DNA of 30,351 nt. Source: Acidimicrobiales bacterium (GTDB lineage Bacteria > Actinomycetota > Acidimicrobiia > Acidimicrobiales > Palsa-688). Each line of letters starts with the position of its first letter. Within the stretch, counting starts at the first letter, position 1. Both the position numbers and the translations under genes were made by a program. The stretch spans positions 1 through 30,351 of the forward strand of contig DASXZS010000224.1 in NCBI GenBank assembly GCA_036501785.1, written 5' to 3'. The notes below the pieces were generated by a model, which did no database searches, had not been told where the DNA came from, and was given only the letters and a program-made list of their open reading frames with translations. Below are positions 16,525 to 25,984 of the stretch, one piece after another.

Positions 16525-18084
16525 ATGCGGATGCTGGTGGCCTGGTATCCGGACTGGCCGGTCCTGGCGGCCGGCTGCCTGCCCACCTCCCCGGCCGCCG
16601 TGGTGCGAGCCAACCGGGTGGTGGCGGCCACGGCGGCGGCACGCGCGGATGGCGTGCGCCCCGGGCTACGACGGCGGGAGGCGCAAGGTCGGTGCCCGGA
16701 GCTGGAGGTCGTCACCGCCGACTCCGGTCGGGACGTCCGGGCGTGGGAACCGGCAGTGGTGGCGATCGAGTCCTTGACGCCGGCGATCGAGGTGCTGGCG
16801 CCGGGCGCACTGGCCCTGGCTACTCGTGGTCCCTCGCGGTACTTCGGTGGTGATGAGGCGCTGGCGGGCCTGGTGGCCGAGGCCGTGGACGTGGCGGTCG
16901 GCCAGCCCGGTTGCCGGGTCGGGGTGGCGGACGGCCGCTTTACCGCCGGGCTGGCCGCCCGAGTCGCCGCGGCCTCTGGCGGCAATCCGGCGGTTGTGGT
17001 GCCGCCTGGCGCCAGTCGGGCCTGGTTGGCCCCCCGGGCGGTCAGCGCCCTGGGGGCGAGGTTTGAGGACTTATCCGACCTGTTGATGCGGTTGGGAGTC
17101 CGCACGCTGGGCGATCTGGCGGCCTTGCCGGCGCCGTCGGTGCTGGGCCGATTCGGGCCGGAGGGAGCCGAGGCGCATCGCCTGGCCCGCGGTCAGGATG
17201 GGCGGGCGCTGGCCGCCCGGACGCCCCCGCCCGAGCTGGCCGTCACCGCGGAACTGGACCCGCCAGCTGAGCGGGTGGACATCGCCGCGTTCGTGGCCAA
17301 AGCCCTGGCGGACGAGCTCCACGAACAGTTGGCTGCCTTGGGCCTGGCTTGCACCATGGTGGCCATAGAGGCGGAGACGGAGCACGGTGAGCAACTGGTG
17401 CGTCGCTGGCGCCACGAAGGTTCGCTCACTTCTGCTGCCCTTTCCGAGCGGGCCCGCTGGCAGCTCGACGGCTGGTTGGCCGGTGACGGGCGGCCCTCCG
17501 GGGGGTTGACCTTGCTGCGTCTGACTCCCGAAGAGGTGCGACCGGACGACGGCCGCCAGCTGGGGTTCTGGGGGAGCGCGGCGGCCGCCGACTCCCGGGC
17601 TTCTCGGGCCTTGGCCCGGGTGCAAGGGATGCTCGGCCCCGAAGCGGTCGTCACCGCGGTCCGGGTGGGGGGACGCGATCCCGGTCAGCAGATCCGGCTG
17701 GTGCCGTGGGGTGACGACCGCACGGTTGGGCGCGATCCTCGCCACCGAGGTGCCGAAGTCGCTCCTTGGCCAGGCCGGCTGGCCACCCCATCACCCGCGG
17801 TGGTCTACCCGGCGCCCCTGCCGGCCGAGGTCCGCGACGCCCAACAGCGGCCGGTGACCGTGAGCGGCCGCGGAGTCCTCAACGCCGTCCCGATGGCGGT
17901 ATCCATGGCTGGCGGTCGCTGGCTGGAGGTGACCGCCTGGGCCGGACCGTGGCCGGTCGAGGAGCGGTGGTGGGATGCAGGAGGCCGGCGGAAGGCCCGG
18001 CTCCAAGTGCTGTTGGAGGACGCCACCGCCCACCTGTTGGCGCGTCAGAGAGGTCGATGGCGGGTGGAAGCCTCGTACGAATGA
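16525..18084 (+). CDS. imuB: ImuB: catalytically inactive Y-family polymerase scaffold
   Basis: Y-family fold lacking the acidic catalytic motif (LVAWYPDWP), LGVRTLGDLAAL HhH, beta-clamp motif QLGFW (17557-17571), C-terminal AGPWPVEERWW. Confidence 0.9.
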   Translation: MRMLVAWYPDWPVLAAGCLPTSPAAVVRANRVVAATAAARADGVRPGLRRREAQGRCPELEVVTADSGRDVRAWEPAVVAIESLTPAIEVLAPGALALATRGPSRYFGGDEALAGLVAEAVDVAVGQPGCRVGVADGRFTAGLAARVAAASGGNPAVVVPPGASRAWLAPRAVSALGARFEDLSDLLMRLGVRTLGDLAALPAPSVLGRFGPEGAEAHRLARGQDGRALAARTPPPELAVTAELDPPAERVDIAAFVAKALADELHEQLAALGLACTMVAIEAETEHGEQLVRRWRHEGSLTSAALSERARWQLDGWLAGDGRPSGGLTLLRLTPEEVRPDDGRQLGFWGSAAAADSRASRALARVQGMLGPEAVVTAVRVGGRDPGQQIRLVPWGDDRTVGRDPRHRGAEVAPWPGRLATPSPAVVYPAPLPAEVRDAQQRPVTVSGRGVLNAVPMAVSMAGGRWLEVTAWAGPWPVEERWWDAGGRRKARLQVLLEDATAHLLARQRGRWRVEASYE

Positions 18085-18138
18085 GCCATCGCCTAGGCCC
18101 CTAGGTCAAGTGGGTGTGTGCCCGTGGAGGCCGTCGGG

Positions 18139-20181
18139 CTAGGCGGGGTGCCGGGCTGCGGTGCCGGCGGCGACGATCGAGGGCATGATGCGAGCCGAGA
18201 TCCAACGACCGAACGCCTCGGTCTCGGCGAAGCTGTCCGGGTCCTCGGCTCGCGGCTGGGCGATGTTGAAGAAGGGGTAGTGAATTCCGTCCGGGGCGCG
18301 CACCGTCACACCGTCGATGGTCTGTCGGTAGTTTCCTCGCGGGCACAGGATGCCACCCAGGTCCAGCAGCGCCGTCCGGCCCGGGTGGGCCTCGACTGCA
18401 GCCGCAGCCAGGCGGTTGTAGGCAGCCAGGCGCGCCGGGTTGTCCTCCGGCCAGGTGGCGCCCGACGGTTGCTCGCCGGAGGAGTAGCAAGGGGCGGTGG
18501 CCACCTCGACCGCGGCCCCGCGGCTCGATCCGATGCTGACGGCCAACCCGAGTTGGCGGGCGACGTAGCCGGCGTCGGCGGCCTGGGTGATGTTCTGCCA
18601 TGGCCCGTGGCTCGAGGCTTGCCGGTTGAGCACCTCGAAGCGACCGGCCACGATGAGCACCACGTCGGGATGCAAGGCGTCCACTGCCGCCCGGAAATGG
18701 GCGGGCCACTGGACGGAGGCCGGTGCGCCAGCGTTGCACGGCTGCGCGGTGTCGATCGTCTCGCCGTGCTCGCGCACGTCGGCGCTGATCGCCACCCCGC
18801 AGCCGAGCGTCGCCTCATCCAAAACTGATACCCCATAGGTCCGCGCCACCTGAACATCGGCGAGACCGAGACCGAGAGTCAACCCGGTGGAGTCGCCGAC
18901 GACCATGACCCGCACTGCAGTCTTCGGGCCGGTACTCGCCACGGGGAGGGCCGGCAGGGCCGCGACCGCCGTGACGGGCTGAGCGCCAGACGTGTCCACT
19001 GCCACTATGCCGAACGCCGCGCCTAGCGCCACCGCGCTCAAGCCGATGGGCCGCAGGCTGACGCGGGGCCGGTCCGGATCCAGGCGCCACAGGCGGCCGG
19101 TCCGGACGGGGCGTTCCACCAGATAGAAGCTGGCGACGGCGGCAGCCACATCCGCGGTCGCCCGCACCGCGAACAGCGGGTAGCCGCGGAGACCAGTGTG
19201 GGCCCGGGTGATGACGTCGAACAGGGGGAAGTACCACAGATACATGCCGTAGGAGATCGTGCCGATGTAGACCAACGGTCGTATCGACAGAACCCGGGCG
19301 AGCATGCCCGCCGGCTGGGCGAGCACTGACAGCAGCAGGCCGGCCATCAGCACTGCGAAGCACAGGAACCCACCCTGGTCGGCGAAGCCGCTGCCGCTCC
19401 CCACGTGGGTGACCATCCAGCCGATACCAACTGCGGCTACCGCCCCGGACACTCCGATCGCCGTCGCCCATCGGCGTGACTCCAAGCGCAGGGGTCTCTG
19501 GCTGAGCGCGGCCGCCAGGGCCGCTCCCACCAAGAGGGACTGGGCATGGGTATCGGTGCCGTAGTACAGCCGGGATGGGGATGCACCGGCCCGGTAGAGA
19601 TATGCCATCCAGGCTGCCGAGACCAGCGCCCCGCCGGCACTGACCGCGAGCAGCGCCCGCGTTCCTCGTAGAGGGCGTCGCCGAGTGAGGACCAGCACCA
19701 GCAGGGGCCAGGCCACGTAGAACTGCTCTTCGATGGCCAGACTCCAGGTGTGCGTCAGCAGCGACTGGCTGCTCGAGGCGGCGAAGTAGTCGGAGCCGAC
19801 GTTGATGAAGTGCCAATTGGAGAAGTAGGCCACCACGCTGAACGCGTCCTGTCGGAACCCGCTGTAGAGCCCGGGCGGCGCCGCGAACGTCACGTACACA
19901 TCGACCGCCACCAGCATGACGGCCAGGGCTGGGAAGAGCCGGCGAGCCCGCCGTCCCCAGAACGCCACCAGCCCGATCGTCCCCCGGGTGCGGGTTTCCT
20001 CCAGGAGCAGCGAGGTGATGAGGAACCCCGACAGGACGAAGAAGGCATCGACCCCAAATGACCCCCCGACCCGTAGCCCAGGGAGTCCGGAATGATAGGC
20101 CAGCACCGCCAGGACGGCCAAGGCCCGGACCCCGTCGAGGAAGGGCAGCCGCTCCGGCGGCCCGGGCCCCGCCGGCGCCAT
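18139..20181 (-). CDS. Acyltransferase family 3 fused to an SGNH domain (OafA/OatA-like O-acyltransferase)
   Basis: LDGVRALAVLAVLAYH, GVDAFFVLSGFLIT, HTWSLAIEEQFY, GTISYGMYLWYFP; C-terminal VVGDS and DGIH. Start uncertain (ATG 20181 preferred, track gives 20298). Confidence 0.92.
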   Translation of the reverse strand: MAPAGPGPPERLPFLDGVRALAVLAVLAYHSGLPGLRVGGSFGVDAFFVLSGFLITSLLLEETRTRGTIGLVAFWGRRARRLFPALAVMLVAVDVYVTFAAPPGLYSGFRQDAFSVVAYFSNWHFINVGSDYFAASSSQSLLTHTWSLAIEEQFYVAWPLLVLVLTRRRPLRGTRALLAVSAGGALVSAAWMAYLYRAGASPSRLYYGTDTHAQSLLVGAALAAALSQRPLRLESRRWATAIGVSGAVAAVGIGWMVTHVGSGSGFADQGGFLCFAVLMAGLLLSVLAQPAGMLARVLSIRPLVYIGTISYGMYLWYFPLFDVITRAHTGLRGYPLFAVRATADVAAAVASFYLVERPVRTGRLWRLDPDRPRVSLRPIGLSAVALGAAFGIVAVDTSGAQPVTAVAALPALPVASTGPKTAVRVMVVGDSTGLTLGLGLADVQVARTYGVSVLDEATLGCGVAISADVREHGETIDTAQPCNAGAPASVQWPAHFRAAVDALHPDVVLIVAGRFEVLNRQASSHGPWQNITQAADAGYVARQLGLAVSIGSSRGAAVEVATAPCYSSGEQPSGATWPEDNPARLAAYNRLAAAAVEAHPGRTALLDLGGILCPRGNYRQTIDGVTVRAPDGIHYPFFNIAQPRAEDPDSFAETEAFGRWISARIMPSIVAAGTAARHPA

Positions 20182-20215
20182 CTGCGGTGCTCCCGAGGCC
20201 CCCACGAGCAACGCC

Positions 20216-21106
20216 TTAGCCCTGGCGATGTCCGGTCGCGGGGTGGCGCTCGACGACCTGGCCGGTGACGGGTTGCCGACGCTGCGAGCTCGCCTCATTT
20301 GAGACCCCTTCCGGCCCGCCGAGCACCTGCCGGGCCTGGCGGGCTGTCCACCAGCCCTTCCAGCGCTCGGCGATCACCGTGGCCAGGACGATGGTGGCCA
20401 GCCCGGCGACGACATCGAGCAGGAAATGGTTCCCGGTGGCCATGACCGCCAGGGCGGTGAAGGCCGGATAGGCCCAGGCCAGGTGCGCCCACCAATGGCG
20501 CCGGAACATCCGCCAGAACGCCAGGGCCGACCACACCGCCCAGGAAATGTGCAGTGACGGCATGGCGGCCAGCTGGTTGGCCGCGGTGGCGAGGGTGCCG
20601 GCATGCCAGGAACCGAAGGCGTGGGTGGCCGCCACCACATCGACATATCGGTGCGGGTCGAGCAACCGCGGCGGGGCGGTGGGGTACAGCCAGAAGACGG
20701 CCAGGGCGATCACGTTGCCGAGGACGAGGCCGGTACGCAGGGGTCGGTACTGGGCCGGATGGCGCCACCACAGCCAGCCGACAATGCCGAAGGTGACGAC
20801 GAAGTGGGCGTTGTCGTAGTAGTTGGACACCCACAGCGCCAGGGTGTGATGTCCAGCCAGCCAGCGGTTGAGCGCCGCCTCGGGGTCGAGGTGGGCGAAC
20901 ACCTCGAGCCGCAGGATGCTGCGGGCGTGAGCGTAGGCGGGGCCGATCCGCAGCGGGGCCAGGTTGGAAATGGCGTCGTAGACCCAGAGCAGCCACACGA
21001 TGGCCAGCACTTCCGGCCACCAGCGCGGGCGGCGGGCTGGCTCGGCGGCGGCTGGATCAGCGGCGTCAGGGGCGGGGATGTCCGCGCTGGTGGCCGGGGC
21101 GGTCAC
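20216..21106 (-). CDS. PAP2_3 / AUR1-like (inositol phosphorylceramide synthase-like) membrane protein
   Basis: YPTAPPRL, AAMPSLHISWA, TGNHFLLD motifs and multiple TM segments. Confidence 0.88.
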   Translation of the reverse strand: MTAPATSADIPAPDAADPAAAEPARRPRWWPEVLAIVWLLWVYDAISNLAPLRIGPAYAHARSILRLEVFAHLDPEAALNRWLAGHHTLALWVSNYYDNAHFVVTFGIVGWLWWRHPAQYRPLRTGLVLGNVIALAVFWLYPTAPPRLLDPHRYVDVVAATHAFGSWHAGTLATAANQLAAMPSLHISWAVWSALAFWRMFRRHWWAHLAWAYPAFTALAVMATGNHFLLDVVAGLATIVLATVIAERWKGWWTARQARQVLGGPEGVSNEASSQRRQPVTGQVVERHPATGHRQG

Positions 21107-21113
21107 GAAGCGG

Positions 21114-21737
21114 TCATTCTACGGTCTCGCCGTCGTCGGCCCCCCCAGGCTGGGCACTGAGCCCCAGGCGCACCAGGGCGGTGGTCCAGTCCGTCGCAAT
21201 GGCTGCCTGCACCGCGGCCAGATCCACCCGGCCGGCGCAGACCGCGGTGTGCAACCGGTCTTCGACCCCGTCCTTGGCGTTGCTGCCGTACGGGTCGGAC
21301 GGGTCGAACTGGGCGGGCGATCCCTGATCGGGCTCCGGCCACAGATTGCGGGTGTCGCTGGCGCCGCCCAGCTCCAGGGGTATCAGATGATCCAGCTCGG
21401 TCCGGCTGGTCGGGTAGGGATCGTGGTAGGCGTGCTCCACCGCGTCCTTGAACGGCTCGGTCAGACGCAGCGGTGGGCGAGCCGGGCCGCTTCGGCACAG
21501 CGCCGTGACGCTTACCGACGCGTTGACTGCGCCAGGTGTGCAAGCCGGGTCGGGAAGCAAGAAGCCATCCGCGGCGCGCCGGTAATGGCAGGCGGCCGGG
21601 CCCGGCACCGGGCCCTCCAACCCGGAGGCGGTCCACCCGTTCCCGCGGGCGACGACCGCCACGCCGGCCACGGTGGAACGGCAACCCGCGAGCGCCAGAA
21701 GGGTGATAGCAGCCAGACAGACGATCGCTTTTTTCAT
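21114..21737 (-). CDS. Lipoprotein with an HNH/His-Me finger-like domain
   Basis: MKKAIVCLAAITLLALAG|C lipobox; LPDPACTPGA, ELDHLIPLELGG..NLWPE, KDGVEDRLH..VC. Confidence 0.78.
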   Translation of the reverse strand: MKKAIVCLAAITLLALAGCRSTVAGVAVVARGNGWTASGLEGPVPGPAACHYRRAADGFLLPDPACTPGAVNASVSVTALCRSGPARPPLRLTEPFKDAVEHAYHDPYPTSRTELDHLIPLELGGASDTRNLWPEPDQGSPAQFDPSDPYGSNAKDGVEDRLHTAVCAGRVDLAAVQAAIATDWTTALVRLGLSAQPGGADDGETVE

Positions 21738-21833
21738 GATCGTCTGGCTTACCAAGGGGGTGCGACAGCGGCCTCAGTGGGGCGCGGTGGCCTCGAAGTA
21801 GCGCCGGGGGGTGCGCACCAGCATGGTTTCGTT

Positions 21834-21857
21834 CCGGTCCGGGCTGGCCCGGACCGG
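21834..21857. other. GC-rich perfect inverted repeat (hairpin)
   Basis: CCGGTCCGGGC-TG-GCCCGGACCGG between the divergent HNH lipoprotein and mannosidase genes. Confidence 0.5.
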
Positions 21858-21884
21858 ACCGGGGTATCACGTCCCCTCAAGGCT

Positions 21885-24839
21885 GTGACAACATCGGACC
21901 CCATCGAGCTCTCTGAGTTGCTCCGGGCGGCGATCTATCCCCGCCGGGTTCCGCTGGAGGTGGGCGCCCACCACCTGCACGGCGAGCCCATCACCGCGGT
22001 CGAGGCGCGGGCCCGGGAGTACCTGCCGTTCGCCGTCGGTGAGTCGTGGGGGGCCCGGTGGGACACCACCTGGTTCCGCTTCCGGGCGGCGATCCCGGCT
22101 GACTGGGCCGGTGCCGAGGTGGCCGCCCTCATCCACCTGGGTGGGGTGGAGGTGGTGGGCTTCAGCGCCGAGGGGCTGATCTGGGACCGAGACGGTCGGC
22201 CGGTGCAGGGGCTGCACCACCGGCACCGCGAGTTCCTCGTGGGCCGGCCGGACGGGGGAGAGGTGGTCGAGTTCTATGTGGAGGCGGCCGCCAACCCCAC
22301 CCCACCGTGGCCCCGGGCCGACTGGCCCTTGCTCGAACCCGACTACGCCGGCGCCCCCCAATACCGGTTGCAGCAAGCGGAGCTGGCCACCATCGACCGC
22401 GAGGTGGCGGCGCTGTACCTCGACCTCCGGGTGCTGCCAGACGAAGTGGTCGCCGTCGACCCCGACGACGTGGCGGGCACGGCTCGAGCCGCCCGGGCCC
22501 AACTGGCCCCCTCGTTGGCGAAGCGCAGCCAGTCCGCCCACACCGTGACCGCAGTAGGGCACGCCCACATCGACAGCGCCTGGCTGTGGCCGGTCCGGGA
22601 GACCAAGCGGAAGTGCGCCCGGACGTTCGCCAACCAGCTGCGCCTCCTCGACCGCTACCCCGAGCATCATTTCGTCTGCAGCCAGGCGGTGCAGTACCAG
22701 TGGATCAAGGACGGCTACCCGCAACTGTACGAACAGATCCGCAAGCGCGTCGCCGACGGGCGGTGGGAGCCGGTCGGCGGAATGTGGGTCGAACCCGATG
22801 CCAACGTGCCGTCTGGCGAGTCCCTGGTCCGCCAGCTGGTGCACGGCAAGCGGTTCTTCGCCGACGAATTCGGGGTCGAGACCCACGAGCTGTGGATCCC
22901 CGACGTGTTCGGCTACTCCGCGGCCCTGCCCCAGATCGCGGTGCAGGCCGGCGTGACCGCCCTCATCACCCAGAAGATGAGCTGGAACGACACCAACGTG
23001 TTCCCGCACTCGACCTTCTGGTGGGAGGGCCACGACGGCAGCCGCCTGTTGGCCCATTTCCCGCCGGCCAATACCTACAACGGCGATTTCTCCGTGCGGG
23101 AGCTGGCCGACAGCCAGACTCACTTCCGCAACCACGGGCGCGGTGATCGCAGCCTGTACCCCTTCGGTTACGGCGACGGCGGCGGCGGCCCCACCGCGGC
23201 GATGCTCGAATCGGCCCGGCGCCTGAAGGATCTCGAAGGACTCCCCCGAGTCGAGATGGGGACGGTGGCCGCCTTCCTGGACGAGGTGCGGGCCGGCGCC
23301 GACGGCCTGGCCACCTGGGTCGGCGAACTGTACCTGGAAAAGCACCGCGGCACCCTGACGACCCACGCCGACGTCAAGCGGGCCAACCGCCGGGGGGAGG
23401 AGGCGCTGCGGGCGGCCGAGATGTGGACGGTGGCAGCCGGCCTGGACCGCCGCCAAATCCTTGACGGCGCCTGGAAGTTGCTGCTGCTCCAGCAGTTCCA
23501 CGACATCCTCCCCGGGTCGAGCATCCACTGGGTGTACGAGGACGCGGCTCGCGACCACGCCGAGGTGCTGCAGGTGGCGAGCAGCGTCGTGGCCGAGGCC
23601 CAGACCGCGTTGGCCGGAAAGGAAGGCGGCGACGGCTCGGTGGTGTTCAACGCCGCCGCCCACGACCGCAGGGAAGTCGTCGAGCTGCCGGATCAGCAAC
23701 TGGCGCTGGTGGCCGCCCCGGCGTGCGGGTGGGCGCCAGTCAACGCCGAGCAGCCCGCCGCCGCGGTCCGGATCGGCGACGGCTGGATCGACAACGGACG
23801 CCTGCGCGTCGAGTGGGACGATCACGGGTTGCTCACCTCGGTATGGGACGAGGCCGCCGGCCGGGAAGTGCTGGCCGCCCCCGAGCGGGGCAACCTGTTC
23901 CAGTTGCACGAGGACACCCCCGGCCATTTCGACGCCTGGGAAGTCGAGCGCAGCTATCTGGATCACGTCACCGACCTGGCGGAGGTGGACGCCATCGAAA
24001 TCGTCGAGCGCCACCCTTTGCGGGGCGGAGTGCGTTTCGTGCGCCGCTTCGGTAGCTCGACGATCAGCCAGACGATGCGCCTGGCGGCGCGGTCACGGCG
24101 CCTCGAGTTCCATACCGACGTCGACTGGCACGAACGGCACCGGTTTCTCAAAGTGGCGTTCCCCGTCGCCATCCGGTCGACCCGGGCCACCTACCAGATC
24201 CAGCACGGGCACATCGAGCGGCCTACCGTCGAGAACACCAGTTGGGACGAGGCCCGTTTCGAGGTGTGCGGCCACCGCTGGGCCGATCTGAGCGAGACGG
24301 GCTACGGCGTGGCCCTGCTCAACGACGGCAAGTACGGCTACGACATACACGGCCACATCATGCGCCTGTCGTTGCTACGGGCCCCGGGCTATCCCGATCC
24401 GCAAGCCGATCAGGGCCGCCACCACTTCGCCTACGCCCTGTTGCCGCACCCCGGCAACCTGGTCGAGGTGATCGCCAGCGCCGAGGCGTTCAACCTGCCG
24501 CTCGCCATAATCCCCGGCGCGGGTACGGGACGGGTCGTCACCGTCGACCGTCCGGGCGTCAGTGGGCCCGGCGTCAGTGGGCCCGGCGTCAGTGTTGAGG
24601 CCGTCAAGTGGGCCGACCGGTCGGACGGTGTGGTGGTGCGGCTGTGCGAGGTGCTCGGCGGGCGCGGCCCCGTCGAGGTGACCCTCGAGGGCTCCTGGAC
24701 CGCAGTGTCGCGGACCGACCTGCTCGAGCGGGACCTGGAGCCGGTCGACTTCGACGGCCGCACCGTGCGGCTCGAGCTGCGGCCCTTCGAGCTGGTGACG
24801 CTGCGCTGGCGCCAGCTCGCCAGCTCGCCAGCCCGCTAG
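21885..24839 (+). CDS. Alpha-mannosidase, glycoside hydrolase family 38
   Basis: AVGHAHIDSAWLWP, WIPDVFGYS, GYGDGGGGPT, ELYLEKHRGT, QQFHDILPGSSI, LNDGKYG. Start placed at GTG 21885; the track's 1279-aa N-extension looks spurious. Confidence 0.95.
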   Translation: MTTSDPIELSELLRAAIYPRRVPLEVGAHHLHGEPITAVEARAREYLPFAVGESWGARWDTTWFRFRAAIPADWAGAEVAALIHLGGVEVVGFSAEGLIWDRDGRPVQGLHHRHREFLVGRPDGGEVVEFYVEAAANPTPPWPRADWPLLEPDYAGAPQYRLQQAELATIDREVAALYLDLRVLPDEVVAVDPDDVAGTARAARAQLAPSLAKRSQSAHTVTAVGHAHIDSAWLWPVRETKRKCARTFANQLRLLDRYPEHHFVCSQAVQYQWIKDGYPQLYEQIRKRVADGRWEPVGGMWVEPDANVPSGESLVRQLVHGKRFFADEFGVETHELWIPDVFGYSAALPQIAVQAGVTALITQKMSWNDTNVFPHSTFWWEGHDGSRLLAHFPPANTYNGDFSVRELADSQTHFRNHGRGDRSLYPFGYGDGGGGPTAAMLESARRLKDLEGLPRVEMGTVAAFLDEVRAGADGLATWVGELYLEKHRGTLTTHADVKRANRRGEEALRAAEMWTVAAGLDRRQILDGAWKLLLLQQFHDILPGSSIHWVYEDAARDHAEVLQVASSVVAEAQTALAGKEGGDGSVVFNAAAHDRREVVELPDQQLALVAAPACGWAPVNAEQPAAAVRIGDGWIDNGRLRVEWDDHGLLTSVWDEAAGREVLAAPERGNLFQLHEDTPGHFDAWEVERSYLDHVTDLAEVDAIEIVERHPLRGGVRFVRRFGSSTISQTMRLAARSRRLEFHTDVDWHERHRFLKVAFPVAIRSTRATYQIQHGHIERPTVENTSWDEARFEVCGHRWADLSETGYGVALLNDGKYGYDIHGHIMRLSLLRAPGYPDPQADQGRHHFAYALLPHPGNLVEVIASAEAFNLPLAIIPGAGTGRVVTVDRPGVSGPGVSGPGVSVEAVKWADRSDGVVVRLCEVLGGRGPVEVTLEGSWTAVSRTDLLERDLEPVDFDGRTVRLELRPFELVTLRWRQLASSPAR
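24552..24593. repeat. 15-bp in-frame tandem repeat x about 3 (PGVSG)
   Basis: CCGGGCGTCAGTGGG / CCCGGCGTCAGTGGG / CCCGGCGTCAGT. Confidence 0.85.
24811..24834. repeat. 8-bp tandem repeat x3 at the mannosidase 3' end
   Basis: GCCAGCTC GCCAGCTC GCCAGCCC. Confidence 0.7.
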
Positions 24840-25984
24840 CCGGGCGGGGTGTCGCGGAGCACGCCCATGGCGAAGTATTGGGCCGCGCCGCCGTAGGCCT
24901 GGGCCAGCGCGGTGCGCGCTCCGTCGACCTGGTGCTCGCCGGCCAGGCCCCGGACCTGGAGGGCGGCCTCGGCGAAACGGAGCATGCCCGAGGCGCCGAT
25001 GGCGTTGGTGGACAGCACCCCGCCCGACGGGTTGACCGGAAAGGACCCGCCCAGGTCGGTCTCGCCGGTGTCGACCATCTTCCAGCCCTCGCCCGGGCCG
25101 GCGATGTCGTGGCCCTCCAGCCACATGGGCTCGTACCAGCTAAACGGCACGTACAACTCGGCCATGTCGATCTGGCTGCGGGGGTCGGTGATGCCGGCCT
25201 GGCGGTAGACGTCGTGAGCGCACTCCACCCCGGCCTGCGGGCGCACCGGGTTGCGCCCCGGAAATTGGCCCAGCTCGCTCCGCACCGCCAGCCCGTGGAT
25301 CCACGCCGGTCGCCGCGGCGCCCGCCGGGCCCCCGTTTCGTCGGTGAGGATCACCGCGCAGGCGCCATCAGACGACGGGCAGGACTCGTGGAAGCGGATC
25401 GGTTCCCACAGCATGGGGGACTCTTTGACCTGCTCCAGAGTGAGGTCCGGCATCTTGAGGTGGGCGTAGGGGTTCTTGGCCGCGTTGCGCCGGTCTTTGA
25501 CCGCCACCATCCAGCCGATGTACTCGGGGGCACCGGACTGCTCGATGTAGGCCCGCATCCACGGGGCGAAGGCGCCGCCCGCGCCGATGCCGCCGGAACG
25601 GCCGCCGGCCAGGCCCCACTGGGCGTTGCCCTCCGACTGCTTCTCCCACGACACGGCCAGCACCGTCTGGTGGATGCCGGTGATGACGTGGTGGGCGCCG
25701 ACGACGAGCGTCGTCCCGCCGACCGACCCGGCGGTGTGCACCCGCAGAAGGGGCTTGTTGGTGGCGCCCAGGGCGTCGGCCAGGAAGAGCTCCGGCATGA
25801 CGATGCCCTCGAAGGCGTCGGGGGCCTTGCCGACGACTACTGCGTCGACGTCTTGGAGGGTCAGCTCGGCGTCCTCCAGGGCCCGGTCGATCGCCTCCCG
25901 CAGGAGGCCGGCGATGGAGACGTCGTCGCGGCGCTTCTTGAAGTGGGTCTGCCCGATACCGACGATGGCGCAACGTTCCGTCAT
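24836..25984 (-). CDS. ltp3: Thiolase-fold SCP-x-type protein, Ltp3-like
   Basis: DAVVVGKAPDAFEGIVMPELFLADALGATNKPLLRVHTAGSVGG...WEKQSE closely matches M. tuberculosis Ltp3 (Rv3523) as I recall it. Confidence 0.85.
   Translation of the reverse strand: MTERCAIVGIGQTHFKKRRDDVSIAGLLREAIDRALEDAELTLQDVDAVVVGKAPDAFEGIVMPELFLADALGATNKPLLRVHTAGSVGGTTLVVGAHHVITGIHQTVLAVSWEKQSEGNAQWGLAGGRSGGIGAGGAFAPWMRAYIEQSGAPEYIGWMVAVKDRRNAAKNPYAHLKMPDLTLEQVKESPMLWEPIRFHESCPSSDGACAVILTDETGARRAPRRPAWIHGLAVRSELGQFPGRNPVRPQAGVECAHDVYRQAGITDPRSQIDMAELYVPFSWYEPMWLEGHDIAGPGEGWKMVDTGETDLGGSFPVNPSGGVLSTNAIGASGMLRFAEAALQVRGLAGEHQVDGARTALAQAYGGAAQYFAMGVLRDTPPG

Noticed and set aside
21000-21884. N-terminal 295-aa extension of the mannosidase in the ORF track
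   Set aside because: It overlaps two real minus-strand genes and has no GH38 features; the start is better placed at GTG 21885.
22410-22520. GH38 segment DLRVLPDEVVAVDPDD looks about 20 aa shorter than homologues I recall
   Set aside because: It cannot be verified without an alignment. The frame is intact and all catalytic motifs are present.
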